Shown here piece by piece: positions 47,171 through 60,953 of a stretch of 64,000 bases of DNA (position 1 is its first letter; every line of letters begins with the position of its first letter). Origin of the DNA: Malacoraja senta (Eukaryota). The stretch lies in assembly GCA_038087875.1 (NCBI GenBank), contig JAXLNO010000226.1, forward strand, positions 1 to 64,000. Reading direction: 5' to 3'. The position numbers were made by a program, and so were the translations under genes. Under the pieces are notes generated by a model. The model had not been told where the DNA came from. It worked only from the letters and a program-made list of their open reading frames with translations, and did not search any database.

Positions 47171-50100
47171 AAGTCTTGATCCTCAAAATGAGATCAATTG
47201 CAGTAACGGACGATCTTATTTCAAATAGTTTAGATGTAGATTTGGACACAATATGATGTTTAAAACAAAATAGACACAGAGTGCTGGAGTAACTCAGCGG
47301 GTCAGGCAGCATCTGTGGAGAACATGGATAGGTGACGTCGGGTCGGAACCCTTCTTCAGACTTCATTACAACCATGTAGGGTCAAGGAACAGCAGATGAA
47401 ATGTGTAGGAAGGAACTGCAGATGCTGGTTTACACTGAAGATAGACACAAAGTGCTGGAGTAACTCAGTGGGACAGGCGGCATCAATGGAGAGAAGGAAT
47501 GGGCGACGTTTCAGGCCGAGACCCTTCTCCAGACTCTTCAGGAACAGCAGATGCTGGTTTACAAAAGAGAAGTGCTGGGGTAACAATAGAATGTGTTTTG
47601 AGAGTTTTGAGGGTTTGGCTTGGGAGGAATGCTGGGAAAAGGGGGGAACTTGAATTCTGGTCTGAGTTTGACCAATCTAATTCTTTAAATGATTTGACTT
47701 TATATTGTTTAAGAAGGAACTGCAGATGCTGGAAAAATCGAAGGGAGACAAAAATGCTGGAGAAACTCAGCGGGTGAGGCAGCATCTATGGAGAGAATGG
47801 ATAGGGTTGAGACCCTTCTTCAGACTCAAAGGAATAGGTGAAGTTTCTGGTCGAGACCCTTCTTCAGACTGTTGTGGGGGTGGGGGCACCCCCCACCCCC
47901 ACATCAGTCTGAAGAAGGGTCTCGACCCGAAACGGCACCTATTCCTTCTCTCCATAGATGCAGCCTCACCTGCTGAGTTTCTCCAGCATTTGTTGTCTAC
48001 CTTTGGCTTTCTATTGTATGTCATTTAGTTTTTATCTCAGCAAATAAAATGGGAAGTCTGTGTTATACAAAGAAATGCCAGTGGGTTGTGGGCAGCTGAG
48101 GATTTAGCGTTAACTTTCATTTCTATGAATTGTCACCCTTGCTATTCTGAAACAGGCCTCTATTTACACCCTTAACCATTCATTTCCTTCCATTCTTACT
48201 CGCTGAAACATGGTAGTGTTCGTGACCATAAAAGCCGGAGCCATCTTGGATTGTGACCCGTGAATGGATGGAGGGAGATGAGTTGGATCTGTAGTGAGAC
48301 TCGAGTTCTTGCATGTGTACGTTTTTGGATAATGCATCAATCTCATTGGACCATTCCACTGTAATATAAATCGTCCTTATAAATAACTTTGATTACTTTC
48401 TCGTCTCAAGTGCTTCTTTTATTGTTTAGCTGAAGAGAAAGTTGTTTCTCGACTTTTGGGGTCACTGATTTATGACTTGTGGGTTGGGGGGGGGGCAATA
48501 GACAATAGGTGCAGGAGTAGGCCATTCGGCCCTTCCACCCAGCGCCTCCATTCAATGTGATCATGGCTGATCATCCCCAATCAGTACCCCGTTCCTGCCT
48601 TCTCCCCATATCCCCTGACTCCACTATCTTTAAGAGCCCTATCTAGCTCTCTATTGAAAGTATCCAGAGAACCGGCCTCCACCGCCCTCTGAGGCAGAGA
48701 ATTCCACAGACTCACTACTCTGTGAGAAAAAGTGTTTCCTCGTCTCCATTCTAAATGGCTTACCCCTTATTCTTAAACTGTGGTCATTACTTGAACGACT
48801 ATATCACAAGTTTGGTATAGAGATACCGCAGGGTAACAGAAGATAGACACAAGATACTGGAGTAACTCAGTGGGACGGGCAGCATCTCTGGAGAGAAGGA
48901 ATGGGTGACGTTTCGGGTCGAGACCCTTCTTCCGATTGCTTTAGTTAGACTTTTTTATTTCTAACTGACAGCGTGACATCAACCATCTCAACTTTTCCAC
49001 CCCCCTTGCCTACTCTAACCTCTCCCCCAAAGAAAGCCTGTCCCACTGAGTTACTCCAGCATTCTGTGTCTATCTTTGGTTTAAACCAGCATCTGCAGTT
49101 CCTTCATTCACAGCCCACCAAGTCCGCGCTGACCAGCGATCCCCACACACTAACACTGTCCTGCACAAGCCAGGGACAATTTTACATTTACACCAAGCCA
49201 ATTAACCTACAAACCTGCACGTCTGGAGTGGGGGAGGAAACCGAAGATCTCAGAGAAAACCCACGCAGGTCACGGGGAGAAGGTACAAACTCCATACAGA
49301 CAGCACCCGTAGTCGGGATCGAACCCGGGTCTCTGGCGCTGTGAGGCAGCGACTCTACCTGCTGCGCCACCCACTTAAGTGTTTGAATATTTCATTGTGT
49401 TTTACATCTGAACTTCGGCGAGTTCAAAGTGCTGGAGGAAATCAGTGGGTCAGGCAGCATCTGCGGAGGGAATGGACAGATGACGTTTTGGGTGAGTGAC
49501 GGGTCCCCACCTGAAACGGTGTCTGTCCGTTCCCTCCACAGATGCTGCCTGACCCGCTGAGTTCCTCCTGCACTCTGCGTTTTGTTTGGGTACTGATTGT
49601 GGATGATCAGCCATGATCACAGTGAATGGCAGTGCTGGCTGGAAGGGCCGAATGGCCTACTCCTGCACCTATTGTCTTTTGTTTGAGATTCCAGCGCGCC
49701 CCCACCCCCCCCATCCTCACATCAGTCTGAAGAATGGTTTCGACCCGAAACGTCACCTATTCCTTCGCTCCATAGATGCTGCCTCACCCGCTGAGTTTCT
49801 CCAGCATTTTTGTCTACCTTAGATTTTTCCAGCATCTGCAGTTCTTTCTTTAACTAAATTGGGAAATGACTTATGCAAAAATCCCAACATGCAACATACG
49901 AAAAATTTTATTTACAATTAGTACAAAGTTTGTTATATATTAACAAAAATATCACAAGCTCTTCTGCATATTAATATACAGTACAATGCCATATACAAAA
50001 CTAAATGACATATTATCCCTGTCAGTTGCTGTTCTAGTCAAAATATGTACACCTGGAACGTGACATTTTATATTTTAAAAGTCATAGATCTTTAACACTA

Positions 50101-50602
50101 AACTACGTCCAAGATCACCAAAAGGGCCTCTGTTGTCCAAGTTTGTGTAGCTTTAACCTTCCATTTTTATTCCTAGGCGAAAATAGACACAAAATGCTGG
50201 GGTCGCTCAGCAGGACAGGCAGCATCTCTGGAGAGAAGAAATGGGCGATGTTTCTTAAAAACAGCAATCGCACTTGGAATCGAGGTGTTGATGTTTAGAG
50301 CAATTACTTTCTAAGTGGCTTTAAAATCAACAAAACTTCCCCCCCCCACCCCCATTTTTCACACAAAGGGTGGTGGGTGCTTGGAATGAGCTGCCAGAGG
50401 AGGTAGTTGAGGCCGGGACTATCCCAGAGTTTAAGAAACAGTTGGACAGGTACATGGATAGGACAGGTTTGGAGGGATATGGACCAAGCGCAGGCAGGTG
50501 GGACTAGTGTAGATGGGACACGTTGGCCGGTGTGGGCAAGTTGGGCCGTTTCCACACTGTATCATTCTGTCCGTCACCTCATTGTCTCAGTACAATGTGT
50601 TA

Positions 50603-50935
50603 GACACACACACACACAAACACGTACACACACACACGTACACAAACACGTACACACACACACGTACACACAAACACGTACACACAAACACGTACACACA
50701 CACACACACACACGTACATAAACACGTACACACACAAACACACGTACAAACACCCGTACACACACACACGTACATAAACACAAACACACGTACACACACA
50801 CGTACATAAACATAAACACGTACACACACACATACACAAACACACGTACACACACACGTACATAAACAAACACGTACACACACACACGTACATAAACACA
50901 CACACGTACACACGCACACACACACGTACACACTC
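50603..50935. repeat. Compound (CA)n/cacgta microsatellite
   Basis: Seen directly. Confidence 0.95.
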
Positions 50936-52509
50936 ACTTTGCACTTCTTTATTCCGATCTTTAAGCCAGAATCAATGTGGGACTACTGTTACTTCAGCTT
51001 TGCTTTGGTCTGTTTTGTCCGATCCACATCTGCTGGAGATTAAATGGATCAGGGATGCTTCAGGCAATGCAGAGTTCAGGCTGGATGCAGCCGCTGTACT
51101 GAACCACCGTGATAATCGACACAAAAATGTGAAGTTACTGGAAGAGAAGTCACAATTGTGGAGCAGCTGAGCTGGGCGTGTGTTTCAAGACCGCTGGGGA
51201 ATTAATTTAAAGAAAACTTAGTCTGGTAACAGCAACCAGAAAACTGCCAGATTGTGGTAACAACCAGGTCTGGTTCACTCGCTGACATCTTCAGACCAAC
51301 AAAGGGTTGCCACCCACTGCCTCCTCTTTCCCTGGGCAATCGGCAATGGACAATAAGTAAAACATTCATCGTAAAACCCAGAAATGACCAAAACAAAGAG
51401 ACACAAAGACCTGCAGACGCCGGCTTTGCAAGAAAAGACACAAAGTGCTGGAGGAACTCAGCAGGTCCGGCAACATTCATGGAGGACGTATAGACAGGAG
51501 AGTTTCAGGGTGGGGACCCTTCTACAGGCTGACCTGAAACGTCACCTATCCACATTCTCCACAGATGCTGCCTGACCCGCTGAGTTGCTCCAGCACTTTG
51601 TGATTTGATCTGGATTCCAGCATCTGCAGTTCCTTTCATTCATCACTCATAAGGTGTTTTCTTCCACCCACATCTGTCCTATCAGGGATAGACACAAAGT
51701 GCTGGAGTAACTCAGCGGGTCAGGCAGCATCTGTGGAGAACATGGATAGGTGACGTTTCACAGAGTGCTGGAGTAACTCAGTGGGTCAGGAGAACATGAA
51801 CCCTTCTTCAGACTGACTTCGTTAACTCAAAGTAAATCTGCCGAGGATCGTACTGCTTGAGTAACAGGGAACACTTTCATTTAGTTACGTTTAGAGATAC
51901 AGTATGGAAACAGGCCCTTCGGCCCACCGAGTCTGCGCCGACCATCGATCACCTGTGCACACTAGTGCTATGTTATTCCTACTTTCTCATCCACTCCCTA
52001 CACACCAGGGGGCAATTTACAGAGGGGCCGATTAACCTACAAACCCGCACGCCTTTGGGATGTGGGAGGAAACCGGAGCACGCGGTCACAGGGAGAACAT
52101 GCAAACTCCACATAGACAAGACCCGAGGTCAGGATCGAACCCAGGTCACTGGCATTGTGAGTCAGCGTGCTGCCTTTCTGGTAGCGGAGAAAATTGTACA
52201 ATAAAAGGCAAACTTAAATAGAGCTACTTTGCAGAGATTAGCACAAAAACAAATAAGAACAATATTCGCATATTTTTTTATTAAAAGCTTATTCTCAAAA
52301 AGTGATTTGTCAAGAAATATTCTTTGGTTCTGTACAAGTTTCTAATTTTGATTTTCTAACAATCTCTGATGCTTAAAATAAACAGGAGAGGGTCTGCAGA
52401 TAATTCATTTATGTTCAAGAGACCTATTAAGTTGGGACCCTGAAAAAAAAATTCCATTGAAATAAAGAGAGCAAATCATCTCAATAAGATTTAAAATCTT
52501 AAATGGAGA

Positions 52510-53050
52510 CCTCGTCTCCATCCAAGGATCCAAGCAGTCGTTCCAGGTGAGGCAGAGGTTCACCTGCACCTCCTCCAACCTCATCTATTGCATCCGCTGC
52601 TCTAGATGTCAACTGCTCTACATCGGTGAGACCAAGCGTAGGCTTGGCGATCGCTTCGCCCAACACCTCCGCTCAGTTCGCACTAACCAACCTGATCTCC
52701 CGGTGGCTCAGCACTTCAACTCCCCCTCCCATTCCGTATCCGACCTTTCTGTCCTGGGCCTCCTCCATGGCCAGAGTGAGCAACACCGGAAATTGGAGGA
52801 ACAGCACCTCATATTCCGCTTGGGCAGTCTGCATCCCGGGGGCATGAACATTGAATTCTCACAATTCCGTTAGCCCTTGCTGTCTCCTCCCCTTCCCAGC
52901 TCTCCCTCAGCCCTCGGGCTCCTCCTCCTCCTTTTTCCTTTCTTCTCCCCAACCCCCCATCAGTCTGAAGGGTTCGGGCCCGAAACATTGCCTATTTCCT
53001 TCGCTCCATAGATGCTGCTGCACCCGCTGAGTTTCTCCAGCATTTTGTGT
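52510..53050 (+). mobile_element. Penelope-like element, GIY-YIG domain plus terminal repeat
   Basis: ORF 52547-52873: NLIYCIRCSRCQLLYIGETKRRLGDRFAQH. Confidence 0.9.
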
Positions 53051-55548
53051 CCGTCTAAAAGCTTTTCACTGCACCTTGGTACACGTGACAATAGACTAAA
53101 CTGATCTAACCTGCCGGGTTCCTCCAGCAATGTGTATTTCGAGATGAAAAGCATGAAATTGGTCACGACAACAAAGGTGAGATGCCCCATCATAAGTGAT
53201 GCACCTGTCTACTCCGGCCTCTTGGCCACACTTGCCCACAAGGTCCAGGCAATCACTCAGACCAACATCAGTACCATGGGACCATGGACACATCTTTAGT
53301 CACAGGGTGGTGAATCTGGGGAATTCTTTGCCAAAGAAGGCTGTGGAGGCCAAGTCAATTGATATTCTTTAAGCAGAGAATACATAGATTCTTGATTGGT
53401 ATGGGTTATGGGGAGAAGGCAGGAGAATGGGGTTAGGAGGGAGAGATAGATCAGCCATGATTGAATGGCAGAGTAGACTTGATGGACCAAATGGCCTAAT
53501 TAGACAATAGACAATAGGTGCAAGAGTAGGCCATTCGGCCCTTCGAGCCTTTAATGTGATCATGGCTGATCATCCCCAATCAGTACCCCGTTCCTGCCTT
53601 CTCCCCATATCCCCTGACTCCGCTATTTTTAAGAGCCCTATCTAGCTCTCTCTTGAACGTATCCAGAGAACCGGCCTCCACCGCCCTCTGAGGGAGGCAG
53701 CGAATTCCACAGACTCACAACTCTCTGTGTAAAAAAGTGTTTCCTCGTCTCCGTTCTAATTCTGCTCCTATCATGTATGACCTTGTGACTGAAGATAGAG
53801 CAGCCATGATTGAATGGGGGAGGAGACGCGATGGGCCGAATGGCCTAATTCTGCTCCTATCACTTACGACCATATACAATTTTACCTGTACATCTTTGTG
53901 GGGTGGCTCCTTGACATTCACAGTCCCGTTCATCACCTTCACAGTTACTGCTAATAAATAAGGGACCCCAACTTGATCTTAAAAACCCTGCATCACAGTC
54001 GACCTTTTATAAAATATATCCACACCATAAATATTTTCAATTAAGCAAGAAATAATAAAGTGCCGATCAAGTTTTCTTCCGTACAGAATTCAAAAACCAA
54101 ACTCTTGTAATTTAGTATCTTCTCCTTTATGTGGGTAAGCATTCATTGTTCCAGAGATTAAAAAGTGCAACAAAAGCGAGTTATGTTTTTAAAATTGTAT
54201 CAGGAGAATACACAGCTGTTAGATGGGTGATGTTTTTATTTTTCTATAAATAACGGGAGACAGAAGGGTCCCGACCCGAAACGTCACCCATTCCTTCTCT
54301 CCAGAGATGCTGCCTGTCCTGCTGAGTTACACAAGCACTCTGTGCTTATAGACGATAGACAATAGGTGCAGGAGTAGGCCATTCGGCCCTTCGAGCCAGC
54401 ACCGCCATTCAATGTGATCATGGCTGATCATCCCCAATCAGTACCCCGTTCCTGCCTTCTCCCCATATCCCCTGACTCCGCTATCTTTAAGAGCCCTATC
54501 TAGCTCTCTCTTGAAAGTATCCAGAGAACCGGCCTCCACCGCCCTCTGAGGCAGAGAATTCCACAGATTCACAACTCTCTGTGAGAAAAAGTGTTCAGAC
54601 GCAGGGAGAGTGGCCTCACTGAATCTGTGGGTGAGTCTGCTCTGCTCCACTCTGCTGGCGTGTCGGAGGTTATGGGGAGAAGGCAGGAGAATGGGGTTAG
54701 GAGGGAGAGACAGATCAGCCATGATTGAGTGGAGGAGTAGACTTGATGGGCCGAATGGCCTAATTCTGCTCTCATCATTTATGACCTTGTAGCTCTCCCC
54801 AGCCTGTGGGAGTTGTGGCCCAGTGGGGAAGGGGGAGAGAATGTAAGCGGAAATGATCCCCATTTACTGTGAGAAGATGCAGCTCCCAGCTCCGGCTATT
54901 CCCTCCCCATCCACCCCGCTGTCTCCCCATCGTACGTGCGAGGTGTTTATGTCGGGCGTCCGTAACCTCGCCACGACCTCTCACAGCTTCTGCCCTGAAC
55001 GACTGCAGTCCTGAGCATCTCTGGAGAACATAGATAGGTGACTTTACTGGCCTGGGCATCTGAAGACAGTTCTCGACCTGTAAAGTCACTTATCTATGTT
55101 CTCCACAGATGCTGCCTGTCCCGCCGAGTTACTCCAGCATTTTGTGTCCACCTTCGATTTAAACCAGCATCTGCAGATCTTTCCTGCTCATTTTCCCCAG
55201 TAGTTTGAGGAGAGTTTTCCCCAGTAGTTTGAGAAGAGTTAGTGTTAAAAGACTGACTGCTAGGCAGCACTAACAACTGCAATAGGCACCCGCTGAGTTT
55301 CTCCAGCAATTTTGTCTACCTTTGATTCTTCCAGCATCTGCAGTTCTTTCTTAAACACTGCAATGGGATTATTCTGTGGTAATAGAATAATGGAGAATGC
55401 CCGACTTACGCAGAGGTCATCGGGACAAGTGAACAAGCAAATACTCTGGGTGTCGACCTCTCCATTGACTCTACCCACAGGCGGTGCCTCAGCCTAGAAG
55501 TCTTCCGCTGGGAATCACATTCCCTTCAACGCATTTCATGTTTTCTTT

Positions 55549-55589
<41 letters not shown>

Positions 55590-55667
55590 ACACAATTTGT
55601 CAAAAGTTGGCATGACCGCTGGTTCGATGGTACTTTAAGGAAAATTTCACCTCTTCTCTCTTCCTCA

Positions 55668-56316
55668 AGGGCCTGTCCCACTTACGAGATTTTTTTTCGG
55701 AGACTTGCCGGCACCCGTCACAGTCGCAGCAGGTGGGCGAACATTTTCCAACATTGAAACGCGACCAGAAAGACGCCACGACTCTTTGGGCGACTGAGGA
55801 GACGACTCACGACCATACAGGTGACACCCCGGCGACATAGAAACATAGAAAATAGGTGCAGGAGGAGGCCATTCGGCCCTTTGAGCCAGCATCGCCATTC
55901 ATTGTGATCATGGCTGATCGTCCCCTATCAGTAACCCGTGCCTGCCTTCTCCCCATATCCCTTGACTCCACTAGCCCCTAGAGCTCTATCTAACTCTCTC
56001 TTAAATCCATCCAGTGATTTGGCCTCCACTGCCCTCTGTGGCAGGGAATTCCACAAATTCACAACTCTCTGGGTGAAAATGTTTTTTTCTCACCTCAGTC
56101 TTAAATGACCTCCCCTTTATTCTAAGACATGTGACGCCTGTATGGTCGTGAGTAGTCGCCCAAAGAGTTGTACCTTTTTCTGGTCACCGCTGGATTTTCA
56201 ACATGTTGAAAGTTTTTGTCTGGATTTTCAACGTTGGAAAATGTTCGGCCACCTGCTGCGACTATGACGGGCGCCGGCAAGTCGCTGGAAATAATGGCGT
56301 AAGTGGGACAGGCCCT
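55668..56316. mobile_element. Harbinger-type MITE with nested CR1 3' fragment (~55835-56128)
   Basis: Termini agggcctgtcccacttacg / cgtaagtgggacaggccct; flanks tca / tta. Confidence 0.78.
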
Positions 56317-56436
56317 TTACAGTTGCTGAGAAACCCTCGCTGCGTTTTGCTGACTTCAGCTGCAACCTGGCGATATTTCTTTCCACTCATTAAAAACCGT
56401 TCACAGTCCGCCAGGAGTCCGTCACTTTTTTTTAAT

Positions 56437-57212
56437 CTCGCCACTTTCCAACGGGATCCCACCACTGGCCACATCTTCCCATCTCCTCCCCTGTCTGCTT
56501 TCCGCAGAGACCGCTCCCTCCGTAACTCCCCGGTCAATTCGTCCCTTCCCACCCAAACCACCCCCTCCCCTGGTACTTTCCCTTGCAACCGCAGGAAATG
56601 CTACACTTGTCGCTTTACCTTCCCCCTTGACTCCATCCAAGGACCCAAGCAGTCTTTCCAGGTGGGGCAGAGGTTCACCTGCACCTCCTCCAACCTCATC
56701 TATTGCATCCGCTGCTCTAGGTGTCAGCTGCTCTACATCGGTGAGACCAAGCGCAGGCTTGGCGATCGCTTCTCCCAACACCTCCGCTCAGTTCGCACTA
56801 ACCAACCTGATCTCCCGGTGGCTCAGTACTTCAACTCCCCCTCCCATTCCGAATCCGACCTTTCTGTCCTGGGCCTCCTCCATGGCCAGAGTGAGTCCCA
56901 CCATAAATTGGAGGAGCAGCACCTCATATTTCGCTTGGGTAGTTTACACCCCAGCGGTATGAACATTGACTTCTCCAATTTCAGGTAGTCCTTGCTTTCT
57001 CCCTCCTTCCCCTCCCCTTCCCAGCTCTCCCACAGCCCACTGTCTCTGCCTCTTCCTTTCTTCTTCCTGCCTCCCCCGACATCAGTCTGAAGAAGGGTCT
57101 CGGCCCGAAGCGTCACCTATTCCTTCGCTCCATAGACGCTGCCTCGCCCGCTGAGTTTCTCCAGCATTTTTGTCTACCTTGGATTTTTCCAGCATCTGCA
57201 GTTCTTTCTTAA
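56437..57212 (+). mobile_element. Penelope-like element 3' portion (GIY-YIG endonuclease plus terminal repeat)
   Basis: AFRRDRSLRNS...GTFPCNRRKCYTC...LIYCIRCSRCQLLYIGETKR...HPSGMNIDFSNFR*. Confidence 0.92.
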
Positions 57213-57665
57213 ACTTTTTTTTTTAAACATCGCTAAACGCAGCATTTTCTTAAAATGTATAATCCTTTAATGCACTTTAAAAAAAAAATTGATTTAAAAA
57301 ATATCTCTGCTCTATCTTCCTTGCGTCACAGTTTATGTCTGATTCACATGAAGCGATATTGTGAGAACAAATAATATCGGGCCTGATTACTACAACGTGC
57401 TAGTTCTGCCAACCAAGTGCTCTTTGCAGGGCAGGCTTATTCCCGCTGCACCATGCAGTTCTGAAGCTTTGTTACATAAATTATAAAATTAAAATCTTGC
57501 TTTGTTTCAGCCTGTTGCAGCAGAGTGAAGGCCGGCCGGCCAACGTTATTGTGCAGCGTTCTTCCCGTGTAGTGATCATCCAGTGTATGGCGTCTCCAGT
57601 CTCGCACTACGAGGCGGGGTCCGCGGCGGTGGTGGGCTCGTGCAGCGAGGCTCGGACTCGCTCGC

Positions 57666-57911
57666 TCAGTCCAGCTTCTCCAGGACGGAGGGGAAGTAGA
57701 CAAGGCTGAGCTCGCTGCCGAAGTCGCACACGATGGCGGCGTTGTCCAGCACCAGCAGCTGCCGCACCAGCTGCAGCTCGTTGCGTTTGCCCAGGTACAC
57801 GGTCTGCAACAGGTCCCCGTAGCCAATGTCCCACAGGCTGACACAGCCCTGACCCCCCGTCACCAACAGGTTGTCCGATATCACCCCCAGGCTGGCGCCA
57901 CATCCCATGTC
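57666..57911 (-). CDS. SCAP: SCAP terminal coding exon (WD40)
   Basis: [28 protein letters not shown]...[19 protein letters not shown] acceptor at 57912-57914. Confidence 0.97.
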   Translation of the reverse strand, partial: DMGCGASLGVISDNLLVTGGQGCVSLWDIGYGDLLQTVYLGKRNELQLVRQLLVLDNAAIVCDFGSELSLVYFPSVLEKLD

Positions 57912-57949
57912 CTGCAACGGGGCGAGGAGCAGACTGGTTAATGGGTGTG

Positions 57950-58445
57950 ACACACACACGCACACATGTTCACGCACACACACAACACACACACACATAC
58001 GCATATACACACGCACGCACACACATGCGCATACACACACGCACGCACATATGCACACACACAACACGCACACACGCACATACACACATGCACGCACATG
58101 CGCACACTTGTTCACGCACACACATATGCATACACACGCACGCACACACATGCACACACACAACACGCACACAAACACACACACACGCACATACACACAC
58201 ACGCACATACACACACACGCACGCACATGTTCACGCACACAACACACACACGCATACACACACGCACGCACACACACATGCGCATACACACACGCATACA
58301 CACGCACGCACACATGCGCACATACGCGCACACACATGCACATACACACACGTGCACGCACACATGTGCATGCAAACACACGTGCACGCACACGTGCACA
58401 TACACACAAGCATGCATACACACGCATACACACACACACACACAC
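57950..58445. repeat. Degenerate (CA)n microsatellite
   Basis: Seen directly. Confidence 0.95.
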
Positions 58446-58711
58446 AACCTCCACTGTACACAAGGTATGCGAATAGTCGCCACATAAAGGGCGCTGACAA
58501 AGTTACAAAGTATCCCACACCAGGTCCTCCTTGTTCTTCCCTCCCCTTCCCTCTTTCCCCTCACTCACGATGGTCCCCACACGCCGGACCCTCTCTGTAC
58601 CCGACAGCGCCCTCCCCCACGCCGGGTCCTCCCGTTCTCCCCTCCCCCCCCCTCATGGTGGTCCCCACACGCCGGACCCTCTCTGTACCCGGCAGCACCC
58701 CTGGCACCTAC

Positions 58712-58918
58712 TTGCTGAATGGAGTAGAGCTTGATTCCAGTGCTGCGGTCCCACATACAGATGATGTCGTCCAGCCCGCCGCTGATGACGCAGCTGGAGG
58801 TACAGATGAGGGAGACCACATCACCGCGATGGCCGTGCATGTGGCTGATGCGGCTTCCCGTCAACACGTCCCACAGGCAGACAGCTCCGTCCTGCCCCCC
58901 GCTGGCCAGCGTCATCGT
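58712..58918 (-). CDS. SCAP: SCAP penultimate exon (WD40)
   Basis: [26 protein letters not shown]...[17 protein letters not shown] acceptor, GTAGGT donor, 207 nt. Confidence 0.97.
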
Positions 58919-58967
58919 CTGCGGGGTGAAAGGAGACATTCAACAACTACAGCTGTACAGCCGTGGC

Positions 58968-59265
58968 CGGCACGGTGGCGCAGCGGTAGAGTTGCTGCCT
59001 CACGGCGCCAGAGGATTCATCCTGACTACGGGTGCTGTCTGTACCGAGTTTGTACGTTCTCCCTGTGACCTGCGTGGGTTTTCTCCAAGATCTTCGGTTT
59101 CCCCCCACACTCCAAAGACGTACAGGCTTGTAGGTTAATTGGCTTGGTATAAACGTGAATTGTCCCTAGTGTGTGTAGTATAGTGTTAGTGTGCGGTGAT
59201 CGCTGGTCAGCGTGGACCCGGTGGGCCGAAGGGCCTGTTTCCCTGCTGCATATCTAAACTAAACT
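58968..59265 (+). mobile_element. tRNA-derived SINE (HE1/V-SINE-like), full length
   Basis: Head ggcacggtggcgcagcggtagagttgctgcc; tail gggccgaagggcctgtttcc...ctaaactaaact. Confidence 0.82.
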
Positions 59266-60242
59266 AGCTGTAGTTATACAGCTGTGGGTGGCACAGCGGT
59301 AGAGTTGCTGTCTCACAGCGCCAGAGACCCGGGTTTGATCCCGACTACGGGTGCTATCTGTAGGGAGTTTGTACGTTCTCCCCGTGACCTGCGTGGGTTT
59401 TCTCCGGGTGCTCCGGTTTCCTCCCACACTCCAAAGGCGTACAGGACGTTCCTTTATAACGGCGACGAGGAGGGATTTCTTTAGTCATAGAGGGTGGGGA
59501 ATCTGTGGAATTCATTGCCACAGAGTACCTTAATGGATATTTTTAAGGCAGAGATAGATAGATTCTTGATTTGTGCGGTGTCAGGGGTTATGGGGAGAAG
59601 GCAGGACAACGGGGTTAGGAGGCAGAGATAGATCAGCCATGCTTGAATGGCGGAGTAGACTTGATGGGCCGAATGGCCTAATTCTGCTCCTATCACTAAC
59701 GATCTTGTGAACTTGCTGATGACACACTCATAACAGACGGCCAAGTTGATGACGGAGATGATGCAAGCGAGTAAACAAACACGAGATAGTCTGACTTAAG
59801 CAGCAGTGACGATGCTAAAATAGAGCCAGCTGCCAACTGCTTAAAATAGATGTTTTTACTTCTCCATGAAAAACAATTACAACGCTAAAGTTGAGGCACA
59901 AGGAACTGCAGATGCTGGAATCATGAGCAAAACACAAAGTGCTGGAGGAACTCGGCGGGACAGTCAGCACCGGTGGAGGATGTGAACGGACAACATGTCG
60001 GGTCTGGTCCCTTCTCAGTCGAATAGTTGAACGTAAACATCGTCTGTCCATTCCCTCCACAGATGCTGCCTGACCCGCTGAGTTTCTCCAGCATTTTTGT
60101 CTACCTTAGAGAGGCACATGGATATGCAGGGATTGTAGAGATATGGATCACGTGCAGGTAGATAAGGGCATGGTGTTCGGCACAGACACTGTGGGCTGAA
60201 GGGCCTGTTCCTGTGCTTGTCCTGTTCCACGTGGGATGTTAC

Positions 60243-60323
60243 CTGGTCTATGTAAACGGCAGTGATCCCTCCGGAGTGGCCCTGCAACGTATAAAGGCAA
60301 CACGAGTCCTCAAGTCGAAATAT
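60243..60323 (-). CDS. SCAP: SCAP exon (WD40)
   Basis: [30 protein letters not shown] acceptor, GTAAC donor, 81 nt. Confidence 0.97.
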
Positions 60324-60426
60324 CTGCAAAAGGAAGTGAACAACTCTCAGAAATCACTCTGTTCACAAACGAAACCGTGCAGCTAAACGTGCCGTTTTTA
60401 AGTTTAGTTTAAAGCCACAGAGCGTG

Positions 60427-60953
60427 GACAATAGACAATAGGTGCAGGAATAGGCCATTCGGCCCTTCGAGCCAGCACCGTCATTCAATGTGATCATGGC
60501 TGATCATCCCCAATCAGTACCCCGTTCCTGCCTTCTCCCCATATCCCCTGACTCCGCTATCGTTAAGAGCCCTATCTAGCTCGCTCTTGAAAGTATCCAG
60601 AGAACCGGCCTCCACCGCCCTCTGAGGCAGAGAATTCCACAGACTCACAACTCTCTGTGAGAAAAAGTGTTTCCTCGTCTCCGTTCTAAATGGCTTACCT
60701 CTTATTCTTAAACTGTGGCCCCTGGTTCTGGACTCCCCCAACATCGGGAACATGTTTCCTGCCTCTAGTGTGTCCAAGCCCTTAATAATCTTATATGTCT
60801 CAATAAGATTCCCTCTCATCCTTCTAAACTCCAGAGTGTACAAGCCCAGCTGCTCCATTCTCTCAGCATATGACAGTCCCGCCATCCCGGGAATTAACCT
60901 TGTAAAGCTTCGCTGTACTCCCTCAATAGCAAGAATGTCCTTCGTCAAATTAG
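60427..60953 (-). mobile_element. CR1-clade LINE 3' fragment
   Basis: ORF 60514-60948 plus a (ctattgt)n tail. Confidence 0.88.

Noticed and set aside
58968..59045. Possible tRNA gene
   Set aside because: It is the tRNA-related head of a SINE repeated many times in the window; no complete cloverleaf is evident.
57871..59068. Long His/Thr- or Cys/Val-rich ORFs (up to 375 aa); similar ones at 12.4, 19.4 and 50.6 kb
   Set aside because: These are translations of (CA)n/(TG)n microsatellites.
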